64,000 bases of DNA from Nostoc sp. Its GTDB lineage: Bacteria > Cyanobacteriota > Cyanobacteriia > Cyanobacteriales > Nostocaceae. How positions within the stretch are numbered: the first letter of the stretch is position 1; the number at the start of each line of letters is the position of its first letter. The notes beneath the pieces were generated by a model. It ran no database searches and was not told the origin of the DNA. It saw only the letters and a program-made list of their open reading frames with translations. The position numbers and the translations under genes are program-made. Positions 9,752-20,091 of the stretch are shown piece after piece. The DNA is taken from NCBI GenBank assembly GCA_036918135.1, contig JBALDB010000007.1, positions 128,001 to 192,000 of the forward strand, written 5' to 3'.

Positions 9752-12700
9752 ATGAAACTTGAGAATCTTGAAGATATCTATGAACTTTCTCCCATGCAGC
9801 AAGGGATGCTTTTTCACAGCCTTTCTGCTCCTGAGTCTGGAGAGTATATTGAGCTTCTGAGCTGCGTTTTCAAGGGAAATTTAGATATATCGGCATTTAA
9901 ATTAGCTTGGCAACAGGTAGTAGAGCGGCATCCTGTTTGGCGTACTTGCTTCCACTGGGAGAATCTGGCAAAGCCAATTCAAGTGGTAAAGCGACAGGTA
10001 AACCTGCCTTGGGAGCAGCACGACTGGCGAGAACTGTCAACTTCCCAGCAGCAAGAGCAACTAGAAGCTTTACTGGAAGCAGAGCAGAAACGGGGCTTTG
10101 TACTTTCCCAAGCACCGCTGATGCGCCTTTACTTGATTGAGTTAGAGAAAGAATCCTACCAATTTATTTGGACTCACCATCATTTGCTAGTAGATGGCTG
10201 GTCAGTGTCTTTAGTGTTCAAGGAAGTTTTTGCCTTTTATCAAGCATTCAGTCGCAATCAAGACTTACACTTAGAGCTTAGCCGTCCTTATAGGGACTAT
10301 ATCGCTTGGTTGCAAGAGCAGGATTTGGCTAGTGCTGAGACGTTTTGGCGACAAACGCTCAAAGACTTTACAGCACCAACTCCTTTAGGTGTCGATACAG
10401 TAGTACCAAGTCGGTTCAATCAGACAAAGACCTACGAACATCAGCAACTCCAGCTATCAACAGCTATGACGGCAGCACTTTCCACACTTGCCCGACAGCA
10501 TCAACTGACTTTAAACACTATCATTCAAGGAGCTTGGGCTTTACTTCTGTGGCGGTACAGCGCTCAGACAGATGTCGTGTTTGGGGCGACTGTCTCCGGT
10601 CGCCCATCAACCTTACTTGGGGTGGAATCGATGGTGGGGCTATTTATTAATACCTTACCTGTACGAGTGCAAGTGTCACCCGAAACAGAGCTGATATCTT
10701 GGCTAAAGCAGTTGCAGGCGCAACAAGTAGAACTGCGACAGTATGAGTACAGCCCACTCGTACAGGTGCAGGGGTGGAGTGAGGTTCCACGAGGATTGCC
10801 TTTGTTTGAGAGCATCATAGTTTTTGAGAACTACCCGGTAGATGCTTCTTTAGAACAACATAGTAGCGATATAGACATTATTGATATACGCGGTATTGAG
10901 TTAACAAATTATCCACTCACTCTCGTGGTCGGCCCTAGCAGAGAATTATTTTTCAGATTCAGTTACGATTCCCGCTTTGAGGCTACTACAATCACGCGGA
11001 TGCTAGGACATTTCCAGACAATGCTTGAAGGTATGACGATGCCTCAGCAACGCCTGATGGACTTGCCACTGTTAACCGCAGCAGAACGCCAGCAGTTGTT
11101 AGTAGAGTGGAATAACCAAAAGGCATATCCTGATGAGAAATGCATTCATCAACTATTTGAAGCCCAGGTAGAGCTTACCCCTAATGCAGTAGCGGTGGTT
11201 TGTGAAGACCAAATGCTCACCTACTCCGAGCTAAACTCCCGTGCCAATTGTCTGGCACACTGCTTACGCTCTTTAGGAGTCAAGCAAGAAACTTTAGTAG
11301 GCATTTGTACTACGCGATCGCTCTCGATGATTGTGGGAATTCTCGGTATCCTCAAAGCGGGTGGAGCCTACGTACCCCTAGACCCAGCTTATCCCAAAGA
11401 CCGCCTAGCGTGGATACTCGAAGATTCACAGATATCAGTGCTGCTTACTCAACAGCAGCAAATAGCAGAATTACCGCCACATCAAGCGCAGGTTGTCTGT
11501 TTGGATACTGACGCTCTAGTAAATTTCCAAAACGTAACAAACCCTTCAGTTCCAATTACAGCCAATAATCTAGCCTATGCAATCTACACTTCCGGCTCTA
11601 CAGGCAAACCGAAAGGAATTGCGATCGCACATTACAGCGCAGTCACTTTTCTCAATTGGGCAATCCAACTATTGCCGCACAAAGAATTTGCTGGTGTTTT
11701 GGCATCGACTTCTATCTGCTTTGACATTTCGATTTTCGAGTTGTTTGCTCCTTTAAGCTGTGGTGGCAAAGTGATTTTAGTCGATAATATATTGCATCTA
11801 CCTGCAATAGCCGCTAGTCAACAAGTCACCCTCATCAATACAGTTCCTGCGGCAATGACAGAGTTATTGCAAGTTAACGATGTTCCAACTTCAGTGTCCA
11901 CGGTTTGCTTGGGAGGCGAACCCGTGTCAAATCAACTTGTACAGCAGCTTTATCAAAAGAATAATATTCAACAGGTTTTTAATCTTTACGGCCCTACTGA
12001 AGACACCGTCTACTCCACATTTGCATTAGTCGAGAAAGGAGCTACTTCTTCCCCAGCCATTGGTCGTCCGATTGCGAATACACAAATTTACATTCTTGAC
12101 CGTTATTTCCAGCCTGTACCTGTAGGTGTTGTAGGCGAACTTTACATTAGCGGTGCTGGTTTAGCTAGAGGATATCTTCGCCAACCCGAACTAACCGCCC
12201 AAAAGTTTATTCCCAATCCCTTTCTAAGAGGCAGGGAGCAGGGAGCAGGGGGCAGGGGGGAAGAAGACCAATTCTCTGATTTTGAACGCCTTTATAAAAC
12301 TGGGGATTTAGCTCGGTATTTGCACGATGGCAACATTCAATTTCTGGGTCGAAGCGATCGCCAAATTAAAATTCGTGGTTTCCGTATTGAACTGGGAGAA
12401 ATTGAGGCAGTACTAGGTCAACATCCTGCTGTACGGCAGACTATAGTCACAGATTGGCAGGAATCGGGCGATCGCTTGACAAATTCTCCAAACAATCCTC
12501 GCATTGTGGCTTATGTCGTTTTCAACCAAGAGGAAATCTCAACTCACGAGTTACGCGGCTTCCTCCAAGAAAAACTGCCCAATTACATGATACCTAGTCA
12601 TTTTGTAGTGCTAAAGACACTACCGCTCACACCCAATGGCAAGGTTAACCGCCGCGCATTGCCTGCGCCAGAAATTCGCCCAGACCTCGAAATTGCTTAT

Positions 12701-13036
12701 GTAATGCCGCAAACGAAGTTAGAACAAACAATCGCAACTGTTTGGCAAAAAGCTCTTAATTTAGAAAAAGTAGGTATACACGATAACTTTTTTGAATTAG
12801 GCGGTCATTCATTACTTATTATTCAGATTCATAGCCAATTGCGTGAAGTATTACAAACAGATTTTCCAATGCTCGAATTATTGAGATATCCAACTATCAG
12901 TTCTCTAGTAGATTACTTCAGTCGAATTAAAAATCAATCAACATCTTCTCAAAAAACTGATACGCAATCTGAAAAACTCAAATATGGCAAAGCTCGACTT
13001 AAACAACGCCGCGAACAAATACAGTTAAAAGATTGA
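9752..13036 (+). CDS. NRPS DCL-type C-A(Ala/small residue-like)-T
   Basis: DIYELSPMQQGMLFH and HHLLVDGWS (DCL type, fits the upstream E domain); A pocket about DIFNCGLVYK; T motif GGHSLL. Confidence 0.93.
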   Translation: MKLENLEDIYELSPMQQGMLFHSLSAPESGEYIELLSCVFKGNLDISAFKLAWQQVVERHPVWRTCFHWENLAKPIQVVKRQVNLPWEQHDWRELSTSQQQEQLEALLEAEQKRGFVLSQAPLMRLYLIELEKESYQFIWTHHHLLVDGWSVSLVFKEVFAFYQAFSRNQDLHLELSRPYRDYIAWLQEQDLASAETFWRQTLKDFTAPTPLGVDTVVPSRFNQTKTYEHQQLQLSTAMTAALSTLARQHQLTLNTIIQGAWALLLWRYSAQTDVVFGATVSGRPSTLLGVESMVGLFINTLPVRVQVSPETELISWLKQLQAQQVELRQYEYSPLVQVQGWSEVPRGLPLFESIIVFENYPVDASLEQHSSDIDIIDIRGIELTNYPLTLVVGPSRELFFRFSYDSRFEATTITRMLGHFQTMLEGMTMPQQRLMDLPLLTAAERQQLLVEWNNQKAYPDEKCIHQLFEAQVELTPNAVAVVCEDQMLTYSELNSRANCLAHCLRSLGVKQETLVGICTTRSLSMIVGILGILKAGGAYVPLDPAYPKDRLAWILEDSQISVLLTQQQQIAELPPHQAQVVCLDTDALVNFQNVTNPSVPITANNLAYAIYTSGSTGKPKGIAIAHYSAVTFLNWAIQLLPHKEFAGVLASTSICFDISIFELFAPLSCGGKVILVDNILHLPAIAASQQVTLINTVPAAMTELLQVNDVPTSVSTVCLGGEPVSNQLVQQLYQKNNIQQVFNLYGPTEDTVYSTFALVEKGATSSPAIGRPIANTQIYILDRYFQPVPVGVVGELYISGAGLARGYLRQPELTAQKFIPNPFLRGREQGAGGRGEEDQFSDFERLYKTGDLARYLHDGNIQFLGRSDRQIKIRGFRIELGEIEAVLGQHPAVRQTIVTDWQESGDRLTNSPNNPRIVAYVVFNQEEISTHELRGFLQEKLPNYMIPSHFVVLKTLPLTPNGKVNRRALPAPEIRPDLEIAYVMPQTKLEQTIATVWQKALNLEKVGIHDNFFELGGHSLLIIQIHSQLREVLQTDFPMLELLRYPTISSLVDYFSRIKNQSTSSQKTDTQSEKLKYGKARLKQRREQIQLKD
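12227..12270 (+). repeat. (GCAGGGA)n STRR-like in-frame insertion in the A domain
   Basis: gcagggagcagggagcagggggcagggggg at the same position as the 1928-1980 insertion. Confidence 0.75.
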
Positions 13037-13155
13037 CCGAAAACAAAAAAGATACCAGCACCATTATTTATTTGTGGGGTTCTCCCCCTGCCCCCTTTCC
13101 TGTTTTTGACCGCATGACTGTCTTCTGCTAATTAATATAAGGAGTTAGAGCAATA

Positions 13156-16100
13156 ATGGATAATCCAGTAGCCTTTACTCACAACACTGGTTTAGAAATA
13201 GCAGTCATCGGTATGGCTGGTACTTTTCCTGGGTCTAAAAATATTGATGAATTTTGGCACAATCTCCAGAAAGGAGTAGAGACAATTTCTTTTTTCACTG
13301 ATGAGGAATTAGTGGCTTCTGGAATAGATCCAGATGTATTGAGTAAACCAAACTATGTTAAAGCATACGGAGCATTAAAGGATATAGAATTTTTTGACGC
13401 TTCATTTTTTGATTTCGATCGCAAAGAAGCAGAAATTACCGATCCGCAGCATCGTTTCTTTTTAGAATGCGCTTGGTCAGCCTTGGAAAATGCTGGCTAT
13501 GACTCTTTATCTTACAAAGGTTCAATTGGTATTTACGCTGGTGCCAGTCTTAGCCCCTATTTACTCAACCTTTATGCAAATCAAAATATTATCAATTCAT
13601 TTGGTGATTTAGAACTTGCAATTGGCAATGACAAAGATTTTCTCACTACACGCGTTTCTTACAAGCTGAATTTAGAAGGCCCCAGTTATACAGTTCAAGC
13701 TGCTTGCTCAACCTCATTAGTTGCTGTGCATTTAGCCTGCCAAAGCTTGCTAAGTGGTGAGTGTGATATGGCTTTGGCTGGTGGCGTTTCCATAACTTTG
13801 TACCGAAAAGAAGGCTATTTTTATCAACAAGGGGGAGTTGGTTCTCCAGATGGACATTGCCGTGCCTTTGATGCTAAAGCACAGGGAACAATCGGTGGCG
13901 ATGGTGTCGGTATTGTAGTATTAAAACGATTGGAAGATGCTCTGGCAGATAAAGACAATATCTATGCTGTTATCAAAGGTTCCGCAGTTAATAACGATGG
14001 TTCGTTTAAACTAAGCTATACAGCTCCTCGTATAGATGCTCAAGCGAAGGTGATTAGAGCAGCTCAACTTACGGCTGAGGTTGAACCTGAGACAATTACA
14101 TATATTGAGGCTCACGGAACAGCAACTCCTTTAGGAGATCCTATGGAAGTAGCAGCCTTAAAACAAGCGTTCTCGCTGCATACAGACAAAAAAGGCTTTT
14201 GCGCTCTTGGTTCGGTAAAAACTAATGTCGGTCATTTAGATACGGCAGCCGGTGTTGCAGGCTTAATCAAAACTATCCTTGCCCTGAAATATAAGTTATT
14301 GCCACCAAGCTTGCACTTTGAAGAACCATCACCTCAAATTGACTTTGCTAATAGCGCCTTCTACGTAAATACCGAGCTATCACAATGGAAGCTTGATAAA
14401 GGTCTTCGGCGTGCAGGGGTTAGTTCTTTTGGGATTGGCGGTACTAATGCACATGTAATTTTAGAAGAAGCACCTGTATTTGAGCAGGGAGCAGGGAGCA
14501 GGGAGCAAGGGAGAAATTATCACTTGTTGGTACTTTCTGCTAAGACAAGCTCGGCACTGGAAAATATTGCAGTCAATTTAGCTACTCACCTCAAGCAAAA
14601 CCCGACATTAAATCTGGCTGATGTGGCTCACACACTCCAAGTAGGTCGCCGCGCTTTCAACCATCGCCGGATATTACTTTGCCGAGATTTAGATGATGCA
14701 GTGCGGGGACTAGATTCTGCAAATCCTCAACAATTGACCAACTTTCAAGAGCCTTGTCATCGACCTATCGTATTTATCTTTCCTGGGGACGAGGTGTTAG
14801 ATGTAAATACAACTTTGGAGTTATATCAACATGAGCCAATATTTCGCTACTGGGTTGATTCTTGTTCTGAAATAATAGAATCTTATCAGGAACTAGATTT
14901 ACGTAAAATACTCTATCCCAACCTAGAACAGGCCCAAAAAGCTGCACATTTGTTACAACATCAAATTACCCAGCTAGCATTGTTTGTGATTGAATACGCT
15001 TTAGCGCAGCTATGGCTGTCTTGGGGCGTGCGCCCTGAATCTATGGTTGGTTACGGTACTGGGGAGTATGTAGCTGCCTGTCTTTCTGGTGTATTTTCCT
15101 TAGAAGATGCCATAGTACAAGTAGCTGCTCGCGGGCAATTGTTGCAGAAGATGCCATTGGGAGCAACCTTTTATCTTCCACTTCTAGAGTACTATATTGA
15201 GCAAGTCGAAAAAATTGAATTGAATTCGCCTCAAATTCCTTTTATTTCTAATGCAACAGGAACTTGGATTACTGCAACTGAAGCAACAGACCCAAGCTAC
15301 TGGTCAAAGCATCTCAAGCAAACAGCAAGCTTTGCAAACGGCATTGCTGAGTTAATCAAACCAAATTACATTTTGTTAGAGGTTGGTTATGGAAAAACAT
15401 CGAGCGTAGCTTACAGGCATCTAGAAAATACTACGGCTTTGAGTTCGCTTCCCGATTCAAAAGACCAATCGGATATAGCATTCTTGTTGAAGACGTTAGG
15501 GCAACTCTGGCTTTTGGGAGTTCAAGTAGACTGGTCTGGTTTTTATGCCCACGAGCAACGTCACCGGATTCCGTTGCCAACTTATCCTTTCGAGCGTCAA
15601 CGTTATTGGATTGACCAACAACCAAACTCTGTACCTGTTACTAAACAAGAAATACATAAAAAATCAAATATTGCAGATTGGTTTTACATTCCTTTATGGA
15701 AACAATCTAAACTTATTGAAACTTTTGCAGAAGAAAAGACACAAGCTCAAAAGACTTGTTGGCTGGTTTTTGTTGATGGGTGTGGGTTGGGAAAACAATT
15801 AGCAAAACGACTCGAACAACAAAATCATCATGCGATCGCAGTGATGGAGGGAGAGCAGTTTGCTAGACTCAGCGATGGTGCATATACAATCAATCCCCAG
15901 CAACCAGATAACTATGAAGCCTTAATCCAAGAACTACGCCAATTAAATCGCATACCAGACGCGATCGCTCATTTATGGAATGTAACACCGGATGAGCGAT
16001 CGTACTCACCGCAGTACTTTGAAAACAGCCAGTATTTAGGCTTTTACAGCCTACTATTTTTAGCTCAAGCGTTAGACAAACAAAATATAACTCATCCTCT

Positions 16101-18354
16101 ACAAATTATTACAGTAACGAATAATTTGCATGAGGTGACAGGTGAAGAAAGTTTAATTCCAGAAAAAGCAACTTTACTAGGGCCATGTAAAGTTATTGGG
16201 CAGGAATATCCGAATATAGTTTGCCGAAGTGTTGATGTTGTTATTCCTGCTGCAACTGAAAACGAAAAGTTTGTAGACAATTTCCTAGAAGAATTTACAG
16301 CTAAAACCGATGACTTAATAATTGCATATCGTGGTAATCATCGCTGGATTCAAAATTGGGAACCAGTCCAGCTAGATGCAGTTATTGAAGAAAAAATCAA
16401 GTTGAGAGAAGGAGGAGTTTATTTAATAACTGGTGGTTTAGGACGTATTGGCTTTATTTTAGCAGAATACTTAGCCAAGACATTCAAAGCCAAGTTAATA
16501 TTGCTAGGACGCTCCAGTATCCCTAATAAAGAAAATTGGTCGGAATGGATAGCGACTCACGGTAATGAGAACACAACAAGTCGTAAGATTCAGAAAGTAC
16601 AAACTTTGTCAGAATTAGGTGCTGAGGTTTTGGTCATTAGTGCTGATGTTGCTAACTTAGAACAAATGCAAGTAGCAATAACTCAGGCATCTGAACGCTT
16701 TGGCGAAATCAATGGTGTAATTCATGCAGCGGGAATTGTCGAAGATAATGCACTTCACCTGATTCAAGAAACAGGTAAAGCTGAATCGGAAATACATTTT
16801 CAGCCTAAAGTGCATGGTTTATTTGTTCTAGAAAAAGTTTTGCACGGGAAAGAAATTGATTTTTGTCTTTTACTATCCTCTATATCCTGCATTTTAGGAG
16901 GATTAGGATTTGTAGCCTATTCGGCGGCAAACCTTTTTATGGATGCTTTCGCTAATAAACAAAATCAAACAAAAACTATACCTTGGATTAGCTTAAATTG
17001 GGACGGTTGGCTACTCGAAAAAGAACAACAGCTAGATACAGACAATAAATCAACTTTGGCCGAATTATTTATTACACCTACAGAAAGTTTAGAAGTCTTT
17101 AAACGCGTTCTCTCCGTAAAAAAGCTAACTCAAATTGCTACTTCACTTGGAGATTTACAAGATAGAATTAATCAGTGGATCAAGCTGGAATCAATACGAA
17201 ATTCTGAACCTACACAAGATACAGAAAGTTCAATAAAGAAAGATTCACGCCCACTGCGCCCAAGAGCAAATTTGCCAACTGCTTATGTCGCTCCCCGTAC
17301 TCCTGTTGAACTCGCGGTTGCCAATATATGGCAACAACTCTTAGGTGTTGAGCGTGTAGGAATTCATGACAACTACTTTGAATTGGGGGGTCACTCCCTG
17401 ATAGCTGTGCGTCTGATGGCTCAGATTCAGCGAAAATTTAGTCAGAATCTGCCTTTAGCTACTCTATTCCAAGCTCCTACAGTTGAAAAGCTAGCTAGTA
17501 CTCTCCAGCAAACAGTAGATTCTCGACCTTGGTCTCCTTTGGTAGAAATTCAGCCTCGTGGTTCAAAGCGACCTTTGTTTTGCTTACCAGGGGGCGGTGG
17601 AAATGTGCTTTACTTTTACGATTTAGCAAATTATCTAGGATTAGACCAACCATTCTACGGTTTACAAGCACCAGGTCTTGATGGAAAAACCGCAGCACAC
17701 GCACGCATTCAAGATATGGCAGTTGACTACATCAAAGCTATACAAGTTGTGCAACCAGAAGGCCCATACCTTCTGGGAGGTCATTCTTTTGGCGGTCGTG
17801 TGGCTTTTGAAATCGCCCTACAGTTGCAACAGCAAGGTCAAGAGGTTGCCCTGCTGGCGATTTTTGACACTTTTGCACCAATTCCTGACAACATTGTGGA
17901 AATCTATAAGGATGATACTCAATACTTAATTGAGATGATAAATATGGTAGAAGGATTTTTTAGCAAGAATTTATTTATATCAGAAGATACTCTGAGAACG
18001 TTAACGCCAGATGAGCAGTTAAACTACTTTTTTGAGCGGTTAAAAATTGCTGACATCTTACCTCCACAGGCTACTTTAGAACAAGTAAATGGGTTTTTAG
18101 AAGTTTATAAAGCTAACACTAAAGCTCATTATGCTTATATGCCACAGGAAGTTTATCGCAATCAAATTACTGTTTTTCAGGCAAAAGAAGAGGTCTGCAA
18201 TAATCCATTGATGGGTTGGGATAAGTACTCTTTAAAATCAGTAGAGACTTATGAAGTCCCAGGCGAACACATTACGATGTTAGCAGAACCTCATGTTCGG
18301 GTTTTGGCAAAACATTTAAAAGTTTGTCTCGAACAAGCACAGGCAAATGGTTGA
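13156..18354 (+). CDS. Terminal PKS module KS-AT0(inactive)-KR-ACP-TE
   Basis: KS triad AACSTS / EAHGT / NVGHLD; AT region shortened with GYGTG (no Ser); KR GGLGRIG, HAAG, YSAAN; carrier GGHSL; TE GHSFGG and GEHITM. Confidence 0.93.
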   Translation: MDNPVAFTHNTGLEIAVIGMAGTFPGSKNIDEFWHNLQKGVETISFFTDEELVASGIDPDVLSKPNYVKAYGALKDIEFFDASFFDFDRKEAEITDPQHRFFLECAWSALENAGYDSLSYKGSIGIYAGASLSPYLLNLYANQNIINSFGDLELAIGNDKDFLTTRVSYKLNLEGPSYTVQAACSTSLVAVHLACQSLLSGECDMALAGGVSITLYRKEGYFYQQGGVGSPDGHCRAFDAKAQGTIGGDGVGIVVLKRLEDALADKDNIYAVIKGSAVNNDGSFKLSYTAPRIDAQAKVIRAAQLTAEVEPETITYIEAHGTATPLGDPMEVAALKQAFSLHTDKKGFCALGSVKTNVGHLDTAAGVAGLIKTILALKYKLLPPSLHFEEPSPQIDFANSAFYVNTELSQWKLDKGLRRAGVSSFGIGGTNAHVILEEAPVFEQGAGSREQGRNYHLLVLSAKTSSALENIAVNLATHLKQNPTLNLADVAHTLQVGRRAFNHRRILLCRDLDDAVRGLDSANPQQLTNFQEPCHRPIVFIFPGDEVLDVNTTLELYQHEPIFRYWVDSCSEIIESYQELDLRKILYPNLEQAQKAAHLLQHQITQLALFVIEYALAQLWLSWGVRPESMVGYGTGEYVAACLSGVFSLEDAIVQVAARGQLLQKMPLGATFYLPLLEYYIEQVEKIELNSPQIPFISNATGTWITATEATDPSYWSKHLKQTASFANGIAELIKPNYILLEVGYGKTSSVAYRHLENTTALSSLPDSKDQSDIAFLLKTLGQLWLLGVQVDWSGFYAHEQRHRIPLPTYPFERQRYWIDQQPNSVPVTKQEIHKKSNIADWFYIPLWKQSKLIETFAEEKTQAQKTCWLVFVDGCGLGKQLAKRLEQQNHHAIAVMEGEQFARLSDGAYTINPQQPDNYEALIQELRQLNRIPDAIAHLWNVTPDERSYSPQYFENSQYLGFYSLLFLAQALDKQNITHPLQIITVTNNLHEVTGEESLIPEKATLLGPCKVIGQEYPNIVCRSVDVVIPAATENEKFVDNFLEEFTAKTDDLIIAYRGNHRWIQNWEPVQLDAVIEEKIKLREGGVYLITGGLGRIGFILAEYLAKTFKAKLILLGRSSIPNKENWSEWIATHGNENTTSRKIQKVQTLSELGAEVLVISADVANLEQMQVAITQASERFGEINGVIHAAGIVEDNALHLIQETGKAESEIHFQPKVHGLFVLEKVLHGKEIDFCLLLSSISCILGGLGFVAYSAANLFMDAFANKQNQTKTIPWISLNWDGWLLEKEQQLDTDNKSTLAELFITPTESLEVFKRVLSVKKLTQIATSLGDLQDRINQWIKLESIRNSEPTQDTESSIKKDSRPLRPRANLPTAYVAPRTPVELAVANIWQQLLGVERVGIHDNYFELGGHSLIAVRLMAQIQRKFSQNLPLATLFQAPTVEKLASTLQQTVDSRPWSPLVEIQPRGSKRPLFCLPGGGGNVLYFYDLANYLGLDQPFYGLQAPGLDGKTAAHARIQDMAVDYIKAIQVVQPEGPYLLGGHSFGGRVAFEIALQLQQQGQEVALLAIFDTFAPIPDNIVEIYKDDTQYLIEMINMVEGFFSKNLFISEDTLRTLTPDEQLNYFFERLKIADILPPQATLEQVNGFLEVYKANTKAHYAYMPQEVYRNQITVFQAKEEVCNNPLMGWDKYSLKSVETYEVPGEHITMLAEPHVRVLAKHLKVCLEQAQANG
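14482..14513 (+). repeat. (GAGCAGG)n STRR-like repeat in the KS-AT linker
   Basis: gagcagggagcagggagcagggagcaaggga, in frame (EQGAGSREQG). Confidence 0.75.
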
Positions 18355-19672
18355 AGAAAATTATGCCAAACAAAACCTTAACCTTCAGGGAATTTGGGTT
18401 TTCATCTCCATCTGGTTTGGACAATTGGTATCAGTCATTGGCTCTGGTGTGACTGACTTTGCACTAGGTATATGGGTGTACCAGCAGACAGGATCGGTGA
18501 CACAGTTAGCTTTTATTTCTTTGTCAACAACTCTACCGTCTGTAATAATTTCTCCACTAGCGGGTGTGTTTGTAGATCGCTGGAACCGTCGATGGATAAT
18601 GCTTATCAGCGATTTGGTTGCAGGTTTAACGACAGGCTTGCTGGCGCTGATGCTCTTTGTCGGCAACCTTGAAATCTGGCATATTTATTTAGCGACAGCT
18701 GTTCATTCCATCTGTGCTAGCTTCCAAGCACCAGCTTATATGACAGCTATGACATTGTTGGTTCCCAAGCAACAACTGACTAGAGTCAATGGTCTAGTTC
18801 ATCTTGGACAATCTATGACTCGGTTGATATGCCCGATACTAGCAGGTTTATTGATAGCGATCGTTAAAATTCAGGGCATTCTTCTGTTCGACTTAGCTAC
18901 CTTTGTCTTTGCCTTACTCATACTGTTATACATTCGATTCCCCAAATCTGAGATTGCAGATCGTGCAAATGTTACGACAAAAAACTCGCTATTAATTGAA
19001 GTTGTAGAGGGTTGGAAATACATCAAAGCCAAACCAGGAATTTTAGGGTTAATGGTATTTATAGGTGTTATCAACTTTATGTTTGGCACAGTTGAAGTAC
19101 TAGGTGTCCCTTTAATACTTTCGTTTGCTTCAGCTACAGTGGTAGGAATTTTAACATCTGTTGGTGGTAGTGGTATGTTGTTCGGTAGTTTAGCTGTGAG
19201 TATTTGGGGAGGATCGCAACGCAGCATCAACAATTTGTTTTGTTTTATGTTGTTGAACGGGCTGTGTATTGCAGTTATTGGGCTAAAACCTAATGTTTGG
19301 CTTATTGGTGTCGCCGCCTTTCTCTTCTTTTTCGGCTTGCCAATTATTAACAGCTCAATTTATGTCATCCTTCAAAGAAAAGTCATGCTCAATATTCAGG
19401 GAAGAGTCTTCGCTTTGACAGGAATGATTTCTATGTCTTGCCTACCCCTTGCTTATCTGCTTGCAGGGCCTTTAGCCGACCATGTTTTCAAGCCCCTAAT
19501 GGCTCCAGGTGGTCTATTGGCTGGAAGCTTGGGACAAGTTATCGGTGTCGGATCGGGACGCGGTATTGGTCTGATGTTTATAGTTATGGGAGTGTTGACT
19601 GCGATCGCCACAATTGTTGCTTACCAATATCGTCCTCTTAGATTTATAGAGAAAGATTTACCAGATATATAG
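18347..19672 (+). CDS. MFS transporter (macrolide-efflux/DHA3-like), probable product exporter
   Basis: Many hydrophobic segments, GVFVDRWNRR motif A, QGRVFA; start overlaps the PKS stop. Confidence 0.9.
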   Translation: MVEENYAKQNLNLQGIWVFISIWFGQLVSVIGSGVTDFALGIWVYQQTGSVTQLAFISLSTTLPSVIISPLAGVFVDRWNRRWIMLISDLVAGLTTGLLALMLFVGNLEIWHIYLATAVHSICASFQAPAYMTAMTLLVPKQQLTRVNGLVHLGQSMTRLICPILAGLLIAIVKIQGILLFDLATFVFALLILLYIRFPKSEIADRANVTTKNSLLIEVVEGWKYIKAKPGILGLMVFIGVINFMFGTVEVLGVPLILSFASATVVGILTSVGGSGMLFGSLAVSIWGGSQRSINNLFCFMLLNGLCIAVIGLKPNVWLIGVAAFLFFFGLPIINSSIYVILQRKVMLNIQGRVFALTGMISMSCLPLAYLLAGPLADHVFKPLMAPGGLLAGSLGQVIGVGSGRGIGLMFIVMGVLTAIATIVAYQYRPLRFIEKDLPDI

Positions 19673-19726
19673 ACTCTTGCTTTCTAGAAATAAACACATC
19701 ATTCATAAAAATCTTAGGAGACAACC

Positions 19727-19954
19727 ATGAATACAAATGAACAAGACACAACAATTTACAAAGTAGTTATAAATCACGAACAGCAGTATTCTATCTGGCC
19801 TGCCGAACGAGAAAATGCTCTTGGCTGGCACGATGCAGGTAAAAGCGGTTCTAAGGAAGAATGTTTAGCATACATTAAGGAAGTATGGACTGACATGAGA
19901 CCGTTGAGCCTGCAGAAGACAATGGAGGAGTCAGCACGTAAGGCATACTCGTAG
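19727..19954 (+). CDS. mbtH: MbtH-like protein
   Basis: NHEQQYSIWP..GW..CLAYIKEVWTDMRPLSL signature; AGGAG RBS. Confidence 0.97.
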   Translation: MNTNEQDTTIYKVVINHEQQYSIWPAERENALGWHDAGKSGSKEECLAYIKEVWTDMRPLSLQKTMEESARKAYS

Positions 19955-19965
19955 CTTCAATCATC

Positions 19966-20030
19966 GTAGGGCGGGCAATACCTACAACCTAGAAATAAGG
20001 ATTTTAGTGGGTAAGCAGTGTCCACCCTAC
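19966..20030. repeat. GTAG-type REP-like inverted repeat / possible terminator
   Basis: gtagggcgggca ... tgtccaccctac arms just after mbtH. Confidence 0.6.
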
Positions 20031-20091
20031 AAAAATAGATACTATTCAAGCTAATTATTTTTTCTGTTGAAATATACCCTCACAATAAATT

